Positions 19,980 through 28,872 of a stretch of DNA of 64,000 bases are shown here, one piece after another (position 1 is the first letter of the stretch; the number at the start of each line of letters is the position of its first letter). Origin of the DNA: Gemmatimonadota bacterium (GTDB taxonomy: Bacteria; Gemmatimonadota; Gemmatimonadetes; Gemmatimonadales; GWC2-71-9); assembly GCA_039588295.1 (NCBI GenBank), contig JBDHAB010000018.1, forward strand, positions 25,701 through 89,700. The letters are read 5' to 3'. The position numbers and the translations under genes are program-made. Under the pieces are notes generated by a model. It saw only the letters and a program-made list of their open reading frames with translations. It did not search any database and had not been told where the DNA came from.

Positions 19980-20053
19980 GCCCCTGTAGCTCAGTTGGAT
20001 AGAGCAGCGGTTTCCTAAACCGTTGGCCGGGTGTTCGAGTCACCCCAGGGGCA
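19980..20053 (+). tRNA. tRNA-Arg (CCT)
   Basis: Acceptor GCCCCTG/CAGGGGC, D-arm GCTC/GAGC, anticodon arm GCGGT-TTCCTAA-ACCGT, T-arm GGGTG-TTCGAGT-CACCC. Confidence 0.97.
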
Positions 20054-20153
20054 TCACCAAACGGCCACTCGAGCGGGCGCCCGCGATTCGCGCCGCCCGA
20101 TGACACATCTGTGAGTCGGTGGACTCCAACAAACGCAATCGCGTAGAGGACCC

Positions 20154-20819
20154 GTGGCAACAGAACGTCAGACAGCTTCCCGAGATCCCGGTCAGCAGTT
20201 CATCGAGTTGGTGGCCAAACATCGCCGCAGGCTCATCGGGGGTGCGGTGGCAGTGATCGCCCTCGGGGCGGGGGTCTGGTTCGTCCGGGAATATCAGCAA
20301 CGCCGAGAGAACGCTGCCCGGCAGACCCTGGACCAGGCGCGTTTCGCGACGCAGACGGGCAATCTCGCCCTCGCGGCCAGTGACCTTTCCCGCCTCATCG
20401 CCAGCTACGGGGGAACCAGCGCGGCTGACGAGGCCGTGGTGATTCTCGCGCAAGTTCGTCTGTTGGAGAACCAGGCCGCGCTCGCGACCCAGGAACTCCG
20501 CCAGGCCATCGACCAGGGCCTGGACGACCAGTTCCTGGCACCCGCCTATGGCCTTCTGGGAACGGCACTGGAGAACCTCGGGAATCAAACCGATGCCGGA
20601 GAGGCCTACGAGAATGCGGCCGACGCGTCTTGGTACGGCTTCCTCGCCGCTCAGTACCTGAGCGACGCCGGACGGGCCTTTGCGAATGGCGGGGATACCG
20701 CCCGCGCCATCGCGGCGTACGAGCGCATAATGCGCGATCACGAGACCGCTCCGACCGCTCTCGAGGCACGCGTCAGGCTCGCCGAACTCCGAGCTGCAGG
20801 CCCCAGCGGGACCCTTTAG
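20154..20819 (+). CDS. Single-TM TPR protein, YfgM-like
   Basis: Short N-terminus, one TM helix, TPR-like helical C-terminal part; GAGGA RBS. Confidence 0.75.
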   Translation: MATERQTASRDPGQQFIELVAKHRRRLIGGAVAVIALGAGVWFVREYQQRRENAARQTLDQARFATQTGNLALAASDLSRLIASYGGTSAADEAVVILAQVRLLENQAALATQELRQAIDQGLDDQFLAPAYGLLGTALENLGNQTDAGEAYENAADASWYGFLAAQYLSDAGRAFANGGDTARAIAAYERIMRDHETAPTALEARVRLAELRAAGPSGTL

Positions 20820-20889
20820 CCAACGGGCTTGACCCTAGTGCGACACGGTGTTTTCGCTGCCGTCCGCCATTGCCTCTGCGTGCGGCTAC

Positions 20890-20917
20890 AATGCGTATAA
20901 GATATGTTATGTTAAGT
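20890..20917 (+). other. dif: dif site (XerC/XerD chromosome dimer resolution site)
   Basis: AATGCGTATAA-GATATG-TTATGTTAAGT versus E. coli GGTGCGCATAA-TGTATA-TTATGTTAAAT (8/11 and 10/11 arm matches); intergenic, at the gene-strand switch. Confidence 0.92.
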
Positions 20918-21084
20918 AAATGCCAACGTGTCTGTGGAAAACGGTCGCGCGCTGATGGTTGATAGTTCCCTAACGCGTTATCCAAGGGTTGGTTAGACTG
21001 GTTGCGACCCGAGTGGGCCCAAGCCCCGGTGACTGGGTGACAGCCAACAGTCGCGCCCGCTCGAACCCCAAGTGCCGCGATGGC

Positions 21085-21957
21085 TCACGTGAGATCTACG
21101 TGGCAGTCCGTGGCACCGCTCAGAATCGCGCGAAACACCATTCGCGCTTGGCCAGCCAGGCGCGGGCGCGCCAGGCGGCCATCTGGCGATTGAGCGGCGG
21201 ACACGGTGAGGACACTGCCTGAGGCCGTCCGCAAGTCGATGGGGGTCGCGACTCCCTGCACGGCCACGAGCGTGGCGGCGCAGGCCACGGCACCGGTCCC
21301 GCAGGCCAGCGTTTCCGCCTCGACACCGCGCTCGTAGGTCCGCATGCTCCATTCCCCATGTCCGTTCGCGAGGAAGTTCACATTCGCCCCGTCCGGACCG
21401 ATCTCCGCATGGCCCCGCAGTTCCCTCCCCCGCTCCACCAGGGAAACCCGACTGACGTCGTCGACCACGACCACGAGGTGAGGTACGCCGACGGTCGCCA
21501 ACCGCATGGCCTGCTCTCCCTCGGCAAGGTCGATTGCGGGAGCCGTAAGCTCCGACGGTGAGGACAGCTCGATCTCGGCGCGCTCCTCGGGCCGGGGAAA
21601 ACAGCGGCCGCGCACCCGACCGGCGTCGGTCTCCAGCAGGACCGTGGACGGATCCGCCATGTCGAGCCACGCGGCCAGCCGGGTGGCACACAGGGCGGCG
21701 TTGCCGCACATCTCCGCACGGCCTCCGTCACGATTGAAGAAGTGAAATCGGACCGCGTTCGGCTCAGAACCCGGCTGCAGAATCACCAATCCGTCCGCCC
21801 CAACACCCGTTCCTCGTGCACACACGGCCCGGATGCGCTCGGCGTCCCAGTCCTCCAGCGACTCGCTCCGCCCGGCGAGAAACACGAAGTCGTTGCCCGA
21901 CCCCGTCATCTTGTAGATCACTTGACCATCGAACATCTTGCTGCCCCCCACCGCCAT
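21085..21957 (-). CDS. dapF: Diaminopimelate epimerase
   Basis: KMTGSGNDF, GVGADG, NRDG..AEMCGNA, GVPH, ERGVEAETLACGTG. Confidence 0.95.
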   Translation of the reverse strand: MAVGGSKMFDGQVIYKMTGSGNDFVFLAGRSESLEDWDAERIRAVCARGTGVGADGLVILQPGSEPNAVRFHFFNRDGGRAEMCGNAALCATRLAAWLDMADPSTVLLETDAGRVRGRCFPRPEERAEIELSSPSELTAPAIDLAEGEQAMRLATVGVPHLVVVVDDVSRVSLVERGRELRGHAEIGPDGANVNFLANGHGEWSMRTYERGVEAETLACGTGAVACAATLVAVQGVATPIDLRTASGSVLTVSAAQSPDGRLARPRLAGQARMVFRAILSGATDCHVDLT

Positions 21958-21964
21958 CGAGCGC

Positions 21965-22690
21965 CTAGAGGCGCCTGAAGATCGCCTGGAGCCGCAGCCG
22001 CCAGACCATCCAAACGGCTTCCCGGATGATTGCGCCAGACATTTTGCTCTCTCCCTCGGTGCGATCCACGAATACGATCGGTATTTCCTTGATGCGAAAG
22101 CCTTTGCGGGCGGCCCGCAAGCTCATTTCGATCTGGAAGGCATAGCCATTGGAGTGAACGGCCTCCAGGTCAATCGCCTCGAGAACTCGGCGTCGATAGC
22201 ATTTGAACCCGCCGGTAGAGTCGCAGACCTTGAGCCCCGTAATCACCCGGGCGTAGATATTGGCACAGTAACTCAGCAACAGCCGCGGCATGGGCCAGTT
22301 CACGACCGTCACACGCCCGTCCAGATAACGCGACCCCAGCACCAGGTCCGCATCGGCCGCGGCCTGCAGGAACTCTGGGAGATGCTTGGGGTCGTGCGAG
22401 AAATCCGCGTCCATTTCAAAGACGAATTCGTAGTCGCGGTCCAGCGCCCAGCGAAATCCCGCCCGGTACGCGGTGCCAAGACCCAACTTCCCCTCTCGAT
22501 GCAGCACATGAACGCGTGGCTCCCCGGCGGCGACCTCGTCGGCCAGCCGCCCGGTACCGTCCGGCGAGTTGTCGTCCACGATGAGGACCTCGATACGCTC
22601 GTCCTGCTCGAGTACCAGCGGCAGGATCTGCTGGAGGTTCCTCGCCTCGTTGTAGGTCGGGATGATGACCAGTGCCTTATCGTCAGGCAC
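21965..22690 (-). CDS. Polyprenol monophosphomannose synthase (Ppm1/DPM1-like GT2)
   Basis: IIPTYNE, VDDNSPDGTG, KLGLGTAY, EMDADFSHDP, GSRY, D.TGGFKC, GYAFQIE, FVDR..GESKMS; soluble, 241 aa. Confidence 0.9.
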   Translation of the reverse strand: MPDDKALVIIPTYNEARNLQQILPLVLEQDERIEVLIVDDNSPDGTGRLADEVAAGEPRVHVLHREGKLGLGTAYRAGFRWALDRDYEFVFEMDADFSHDPKHLPEFLQAAADADLVLGSRYLDGRVTVVNWPMPRLLLSYCANIYARVITGLKVCDSTGGFKCYRRRVLEAIDLEAVHSNGYAFQIEMSLRAARKGFRIKEIPIVFVDRTEGESKMSGAIIREAVWMVWRLRLQAIFRRL

Positions 22691-25070
22691 GTCGGCTCCG
22701 GGTCAGCGGTGGTCCAATGAGGACGGCCACAAGGACGATGAGGGACAGCCAAGTGATGAAACGTCCCCGCGTATAGGCCGAGCTTCGGAAGTCGAGCGTG
22801 ACCTGTTCCGCACCTGCGGAGACCGGAACGGTGATGATCGACACGTTGCCTCGCACTACCTGGGCTTCCACACCATCCACGGTTGCAGACCAGTCCGGGT
22901 ACCAGTTCTCACCGACCACCAGATACCCGTCCTCGGGAGCCTCGGGAGAGATGCGGAGGCGCATCGCACCCGGCTCCCAAGCCTCGACCACCACGTCAAC
23001 ATCGAACGGCTCGGGCATCGCGCTCACTGGCACCGGCTCGTGGCTCGACTCGGGATCGATCAGCACGAGACGGTCCGGGTCGAGATCGGACCGCGGGTTC
23101 GCCAGCGCCGGGATGGCTTCGGCGTCGGAGAGCTTCAGCGCGGCCGGCACGAGGCGGGCCCACCGCACGCCGTCACTCCGCTCGTACAAGTCGGCTGAAC
23201 GGCCCGACCCAATCGCCACATCACGCAGCACCCGGTCGAAGCCGGGGATCCCCTGCTCGACCACGAGCCCCGCGGGAACCACAACGAACCGCACGGCATA
23301 GAGATCCCACAGGTTGCGGCTGCCGACATTCCTCCACTCGTTCTTCCCGCCGAGCAACTCGTCGAATCGGTGCAACTCGTTGCCATGGTATCCGAGCACC
23401 TGCGGCACGCCGTGCGCCATGAGGGTGTTGCCGGGGTAGACCTCGGCCCTGGGGATCTGAAGCACACGGTACGGCCCGGCCGTCGAACGGAGATGCTCGA
23501 TGATCGCGTCATCACTGAGCAGTTCCTGCTCGATCGGAGTGAACGTCCAGAACGGCTTGGCGTTGAGCCAGAGGTCGGCTCCGATGACGAGGGGCGTCAC
23601 CACCGCGAAGGCGAGCACCGGGATGATCTCTCGTTTCAACGCCGCCGCGAGGGCCGCCAGCACGACGAGCGCAACACCGCTGAGGACAGCCCCCAATCGT
23701 ATCGCGCCCTGCGCGGCGTCGGCAGCGGCGACTGGGCGTCCCCCAGCCCCCTGAACATCGAGTGCCAGGAACCGCGCGAACCCGCCGACGGCACCCAACG
23801 CTGCGAGCAGCACCACGACCCCACCCGCCGCGAACCAAACACCAACATGGCGCTTCCCTTCGCCCCGCTCCAAACGCTGCACGCCGAACCCCGCGAACGC
23901 GGACACGGCGAAGGCCACCACGAACAGCGCCATGCCTGGCGCTCGCACCTTCTTCATGAATGGCATGACCTCGTACCATGCCCGGTAAAAGGGGGTCGCG
24001 GCACCCTGTGCGATGAGTAGGAACAGAAGCCCGATCGCAGACAGCCACACGACAAGACGGCGCCTCCTGGGATCGGCCAGGCCAAGAACCGACAGCGCCA
24101 CGACGGGAAGCCCCAGGTACTCCGAGTGAAGCTTGATTGGATTGCTCGCCCAATACGTCCCGTCCTGCGACGTGCCAAGGAAGCCGGCCAGGAACAGCTC
24201 CGGGATGTGCGACCAGGGAATGGCGTAGGACGTCGCTTCCTCGAAACCCCGATAGGTCTCCGCCCGCGGCGAGTAAGGGAGATACTCGTAGAACGGCAGG
24301 ACCTGAATCATGCCGATGCCGAAGCCCAACAAGACCGCCGCCAGCGCGGCACCGAGCTGCCCCACAGCCACCCTTCGGGTCGGCGCGCTCTCATCTCCGA
24401 ATGCGAGGTAGAGTGCGAAGATGCCGGCGGCAACCAGCAAGTAGTAGAGCATCTGCGGATGCGGGCTCAGCACGCCGAGTCCGACGGTCAACGCGAGGAG
24501 CGCATGGCCTGCAAGCCGCTGTCGCCTGAACGCCAGGACGAGCGCGATGCATGCCAGCGGCAGCAGTGCCGTCACAAACAGCTTCCCGTCGTGGCCCGGC
24601 TGCACGTACGAGCCGATGACGCCGGACAGTTGGTACGCGAGGGCCCCCGTGACTGATCCTGCCCAGGAGCACTTGAGCAGCCGAAGCAGGAGATACAGGA
24701 AGAGGCCGGCAAGGGCGTAGTGCACGATGAACCCGAGGTTCATCGCGAGCCCGACTGGCAGCACGAGGCGCAGCCACGCGGTGGGATAGAAGATGTCGCC
24801 ATGCATGGCGCCGGCAAACGGGAGGCCGCCAAAGATCTCGGGATTCCACAGGGGAAAGTGTCCGAGCGTCCGCCACTGATCGACGGCCCATTGCCGGACC
24901 GCGAACCCGCTCGAGTACTGATCGCTCCAGGGGCCGGCGAGAAACTCTCCGGTCCACATGGGAAGCGAGAGCAAGGCGATCCACACGCTCAACAGACCGA
25001 CGGCACTGAGCGTTGGCCACCGTGGCTCGAACGACGACTCCGTGAGCCGCTCACGTCCGTTCTCAGACAC
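22683..25070 (-). CDS. YfhO-like polytopic membrane protein (GT-C-type glycosyltransferase)
   Basis: DQ after TM1, PLWNP.IFGG.PF, YP..W, many TM helices, GYH, C-terminal ENWYPDW.A.VDG and V.V.AG...V. Start at GTG 25070 is approximate. Confidence 0.8.
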   Translation of the reverse strand: MSENGRERLTESSFEPRWPTLSAVGLLSVWIALLSLPMWTGEFLAGPWSDQYSSGFAVRQWAVDQWRTLGHFPLWNPEIFGGLPFAGAMHGDIFYPTAWLRLVLPVGLAMNLGFIVHYALAGLFLYLLLRLLKCSWAGSVTGALAYQLSGVIGSYVQPGHDGKLFVTALLPLACIALVLAFRRQRLAGHALLALTVGLGVLSPHPQMLYYLLVAAGIFALYLAFGDESAPTRRVAVGQLGAALAAVLLGFGIGMIQVLPFYEYLPYSPRAETYRGFEEATSYAIPWSHIPELFLAGFLGTSQDGTYWASNPIKLHSEYLGLPVVALSVLGLADPRRRRLVVWLSAIGLLFLLIAQGAATPFYRAWYEVMPFMKKVRAPGMALFVVAFAVSAFAGFGVQRLERGEGKRHVGVWFAAGGVVVLLAALGAVGGFARFLALDVQGAGGRPVAAADAAQGAIRLGAVLSGVALVVLAALAAALKREIIPVLAFAVVTPLVIGADLWLNAKPFWTFTPIEQELLSDDAIIEHLRSTAGPYRVLQIPRAEVYPGNTLMAHGVPQVLGYHGNELHRFDELLGGKNEWRNVGSRNLWDLYAVRFVVVPAGLVVEQGIPGFDRVLRDVAIGSGRSADLYERSDGVRWARLVPAALKLSDAEAIPALANPRSDLDPDRLVLIDPESSHEPVPVSAMPEPFDVDVVVEAWEPGAMRLRISPEAPEDGYLVVGENWYPDWSATVDGVEAQVVRGNVSIITVPVSAGAEQVTLDFRSSAYTRGRFITWLSLIVLVAVLIGPPLTRSRRA

Positions 25071-25989
25071 CGGTCGTCTCCTTCGCCCCAGCCCGACTCG
25101 CGACGGCAAGGGCCGCGACTCCGACCTCCATGACCGTCAGGAACAAGCGGGACGCCACGCTCAGGACCACGGCTCCGCCCGCTCCCACAATCGGGGTCAG
25201 CACCGTGGCCAGCACCGCCTCCCGCACTCCCAGGCCGCCCGGAGCGAACAGCGCGAGCAGGCCGAGAACGTATCCCGCCGCGAACGTCGCAATGGCCGTC
25301 GACATCGCCAGCGACGTACCGGCGAGGACACCCCTCGAGACGAGCCAGAAGGAGACGCCGTGCGTGACCCAGCTGGCAAGCGTCGCTCCCCCAGCGAGGA
25401 GCGCGGTCCCGAGCGGCAACCCGCGCGCCTCGGCACCACCCCCGAGAAGGCGCATCAATCGGGCACCCGCGGGCTCCCACACCAGGACCCCCACCACGCC
25501 CGCCGTGAGGAGCGCAGCGGCCACGGTGGCCCACAACGTGCTTTCCCGCGGCAGCCCGGACGCCATGACGGCCGCTCCCGTACCCACGGCGAGTGCTTGC
25601 ATCGCGAGTCCCGACGCGGTCGCGGTCCCGGCACGCACTCCGGCGCGCCGCGCGAGAGCCACGAGGCCAGCCACCGTCCAGATCTTCCCCGGAATGTACC
25701 GTCCGAGGTTCGACACCGTCCAAATGTACCCCGCGTCGCGATAGGACAGACGCTCACCCCACCCAAGGATGACCCGCCGCCACGCTTCGATGAGGAAACC
25801 GTAGGTGACGAGCGTCGTGAGCGCCGCCAACGCGATCGGACCGGGGCGGATCGTCACGTCAGCGTTCAGCGCGCGAAACTCCTCCCAATGTGTGAGGAGC
25901 GCTCGCCCAACGAAGGCGAACAACACGATGGCCAGCCCGGCCTGGAGAGCCCAGACGACTCCGCGACGCAACGTCGACCGATCGTTCAT
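25063..25989 (-). CDS. LPG-synthase TM region / flippase-like membrane protein
   Basis: About 8 TM helices, SNLGRYIPGK, APGGLGVRE, SRL motifs. Confidence 0.85.
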   Translation of the reverse strand: MNDRSTLRRGVVWALQAGLAIVLFAFVGRALLTHWEEFRALNADVTIRPGPIALAALTTLVTYGFLIEAWRRVILGWGERLSYRDAGYIWTVSNLGRYIPGKIWTVAGLVALARRAGVRAGTATASGLAMQALAVGTGAAVMASGLPRESTLWATVAAALLTAGVVGVLVWEPAGARLMRLLGGGAEARGLPLGTALLAGGATLASWVTHGVSFWLVSRGVLAGTSLAMSTAIATFAAGYVLGLLALFAPGGLGVREAVLATVLTPIVGAGGAVVLSVASRLFLTVMEVGVAALAVASRAGAKETTGV

Positions 25990-27170
25990 CCGTCCGAGTC
26001 CCCTGCCCTCTGGTCAACGACCCTTCCGTAAATCTCGGCATACCGTTGCGCGACCGCCCTCGGTGCGAAGCGCTCGAGCGCGTGACGCCGCCCGCTCCGC
26101 CCGAGCCCCGCACCGCGATCCGGGAGACCGAGCACCGCATCGAGTGCCATGGCGAGCGCAGCGTGATCACCCGGTTGCACCAAGTGACCGGTCTCCCCTT
26201 CGACGACGACATCCGGTAGCCCCCCGGACGCAAACGCCACCACCGGCGTTTCGCACAGCTGCGCTTCGATCGCCACGAGGCTCAATCCTTCGTCCACCGA
26301 AGGCATCGCAAGGACGGTCGCGCGCCGGTACAGCTTCGCCAGTTGATCCTGGGGGAGCAACGGATGCCAGCGCACTCTTTCGGCGATACCCAGGTCCCGG
26401 GCGAGTTGACGAGCGGGCTCCTCGCTGCTGCCCACCCCGACCACCACATCGAGCGTGCAGGGGTGGCGCATCACCGCCAGGGCTCGCAACAGATGGTGGA
26501 TGCCCTTCTGAGCATTGAGCTTCCCCACGAACAGCGTCCGATTGTCCGATGCGCGGTCATCGGGTGGGTCGAACAGCGCGGGAACGATCGGCATTGGCGC
26601 AACGACCGGCCGCACGTCCGGCACCGCTGCCGTCGTCTCTCGAGCCAACCAAGTCGAAACCGCGGTGACGACCGATGATCTACGCATCACGTGCCGGAAC
26701 ACCTTCCGTGCAAGCCCGTGCCCTGCGACCACCCGGATGTCTGACCCGTGGAGAGTGGTGACCAGCGGCACGCTCCGCACGCTCCTGAGAACGGTACCGA
26801 CCACCCCGCCCGGGAACCACCAGTGCGCGTGCACCACCGAGGGCCGAAGCCGCCGGGAGACTCTCCCTGCCCGTACGACCTCGGCAGTGAAGAGGCTCGC
26901 AATCGCAAGCCGAGCCTTCCAAGAGCTCTGTACCTGTTGCGCCATCGTGCCGTCGTAGGCCAACGTCTCGAACCGACGAGGCGCATAGCGGAACCGCTCC
27001 ACGGGGATACCCTCGAACTCGTCTTGCGGGCGCAGACCCTCACCGGCCGGCGCAATGACCGTGGACTCGATTCCCTCATCGCGCAACGCGACGGCCAAAC
27101 GAAGCACGAACGAGCCGACAGGATCTCCCTCGTAGCGGGGGAATGAATGCGCGAGGACGAGGACTCTCAC
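25986..27170 (-). CDS. Glycosyltransferase family 4
   Basis: HAHWWFP, TTLHGSD, FVGKL..QKG, EGLSLVAIEA (Ex7E), GGLPDVV..GETG. Confidence 0.92.
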   Translation of the reverse strand: MRVLVLAHSFPRYEGDPVGSFVLRLAVALRDEGIESTVIAPAGEGLRPQDEFEGIPVERFRYAPRRFETLAYDGTMAQQVQSSWKARLAIASLFTAEVVRAGRVSRRLRPSVVHAHWWFPGGVVGTVLRSVRSVPLVTTLHGSDIRVVAGHGLARKVFRHVMRRSSVVTAVSTWLARETTAAVPDVRPVVAPMPIVPALFDPPDDRASDNRTLFVGKLNAQKGIHHLLRALAVMRHPCTLDVVVGVGSSEEPARQLARDLGIAERVRWHPLLPQDQLAKLYRRATVLAMPSVDEGLSLVAIEAQLCETPVVAFASGGLPDVVVEGETGHLVQPGDHAALAMALDAVLGLPDRGAGLGRSGRRHALERFAPRAVAQRYAEIYGRVVDQRAGDSDG

Positions 27171-28633
27171 GACGGCCTCCTCTCCTCGCTCGGCTCGACC
27201 GTCTGGACGACTCGACCTTCAGCATCTTCGATCTGGACGGGGTGCGCTGGCCGCTCCTCAACCCGGACATCCAGCCGGCCGTCTGTCCGCAGCCCCGCAG
27301 CGCGAAGCGAACGGCGACTTCGGCGCCATGCCGTCAGGACCGTCAGCGTTGAGACGAAGGGATCCTCCGCAAGGAGCGCATCGAGAAGCACATCATACGC
27401 GGCTGGCGCTCCCGGAAAACCCAGGGCGGGCGCCATATTGGGGTGCCACACACCGACCCAGGCTCCCTCGACACTCCGACATGCCTCTGCGAGCGTTCGC
27501 CCATCATTGACCCAGGCGGTTGGATCCTCGATCCCCTGGTACTTGCTCTGCGCCCGGTCCATCCACATGAGCGGGACCTCGTCCAGATCAGTCGTCTGTT
27601 CCGCCGCTACGTCCCACCCTGGTACCACGTCCGCAACACCAAGCCGAAACCCGTTTCGGTCGGGAAACCCATAGGTCGCATCGTACGCGAAGCCCGCATC
27701 GGCGATTCCTCGTTGCGTGCGTCCGGGGTTCATACGCACGTAATGCTGTCGAACCCCAGAAACCGGCTTTCCGACAATGTGCTCGAGCCGCGCACGCTGC
27801 TCGACGAACCGCTCGGGACGCTCGAGGGTCTCGAAGCTGCCATGCAACCCGATCTCGTGGCCGCCGTGGGCAACGTCTGTCACGATGGCCGAGGCTCTTC
27901 GCCCCTCCGGCCGATAGGTCAGGTCACCGGCACGCATCGTGGCCACGGTTGGTGAGCCGCACAGCACGAACCATGTTGAAGCGATGCCGCGGTCCGCCTC
28001 GCCCGCGAGGAGGTTCCTTGCCGCGCGTCCAACCGGATCTCGGCCGACGGCCGCCACTGCGGCCCCGAGGACGCGAGCCGCGAGCCCGAGTCGACCCCTG
28101 CGCGCCAGCTCCTGCAGGCGCAGTACGGTAAACACCCCCCAATGGTCTACCACGTCCAGGTCGTGCGTGACGGCGGCGGCCCAGCGCTTGCCGTTTGGCC
28201 ACGGCGCCGCGAGGCGCACGGGCCGGCGACCTGCCGCTGCCAGTACTGTCTTTCGGAGGGTCGCCCCCGCAATCGAGATGACAGGATCCCGCTCGAGCCC
28301 CGCTTCGACGAGCGGGTTTGCCAACGACGGTACGCGTCCGTGGCGGTCTCGGTCCGTTGACCGCTGCTCCACGGCCGCACCCGCCACATCCACCACCGTC
28401 GCCAGTGCACCGCGAGGGACACGCACGACACCGTCGCCAGGTTCCAAGAACCAGTCGTGGGCAACACAGGCACGCAGGTGTCCGGCCCGCTCGTCTCCGT
28501 CCACGACGGTGAGTCGCACGGCGTCCTCGAGCACATCATCCGCGGGAATGAGACGGGCGAGATCGGTCAGCAGAAGCAGCGCGAACCACTCCGCTTCGCT
28601 GAGGCGATCATCGCGCGACGGGAGGCGGAGCAA
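27167..28633 (-). CDS. Polysaccharide deacetylase (CE4-like) family protein
   Basis: THDLD, HEIGLHGS, GVRQHY, YDATYG, GFRLG, WH motifs. Start uncertain. Confidence 0.8.
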   Translation of the reverse strand: MLRLPSRDDRLSEAEWFALLLLTDLARLIPADDVLEDAVRLTVVDGDERAGHLRACVAHDWFLEPGDGVVRVPRGALATVVDVAGAAVEQRSTDRDRHGRVPSLANPLVEAGLERDPVISIAGATLRKTVLAAAGRRPVRLAAPWPNGKRWAAAVTHDLDVVDHWGVFTVLRLQELARRGRLGLAARVLGAAVAAVGRDPVGRAARNLLAGEADRGIASTWFVLCGSPTVATMRAGDLTYRPEGRRASAIVTDVAHGGHEIGLHGSFETLERPERFVEQRARLEHIVGKPVSGVRQHYVRMNPGRTQRGIADAGFAYDATYGFPDRNGFRLGVADVVPGWDVAAEQTTDLDEVPLMWMDRAQSKYQGIEDPTAWVNDGRTLAEACRSVEGAWVGVWHPNMAPALGFPGAPAAYDVLLDALLAEDPFVSTLTVLTAWRRSRRSLRAAGLRTDGRLDVRVEERPAHPVQIEDAEGRVVQTVEPSEERRPS

Positions 28634-28872
28634 CTACGGTTCCGGGGGCGAGACGGTCACGGCCTGAGGTGGAGAGCGCACTATCAAAAGTCTCGCGTTG
28701 CCCTGAAAGAATCAATCCCACGTGCAGGGGTGACACTCGAGTGTCCTGCTCCCCGCTCGCGAGTGGAGCGACGTATATTTCCGACGCAAACCGCGGACTG
28801 CCGGAAAGGATGGGTTGGCGTACCGGCTGACGGCAGCCCGTCTTCCTTCACCACCCGTCACACACAACGACC

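Noticed and set aside
19789..19989. 66-aa ORF between acyP and tRNA-Arg
   Set aside because: Runs into the tRNA and its likely promoter (TTGGAT-N17-TAGTTT), with no RBS or motif.
20933..20996. DnaA-box-like sequences (TGTGGAAAA, TTATCCAAG) next to an AT-rich patch, suggesting oriC
   Set aside because: Only one good box. The AT-rich patch is explained by dif, genes converge rather than diverge here, and no dnaA/dnaN is nearby.
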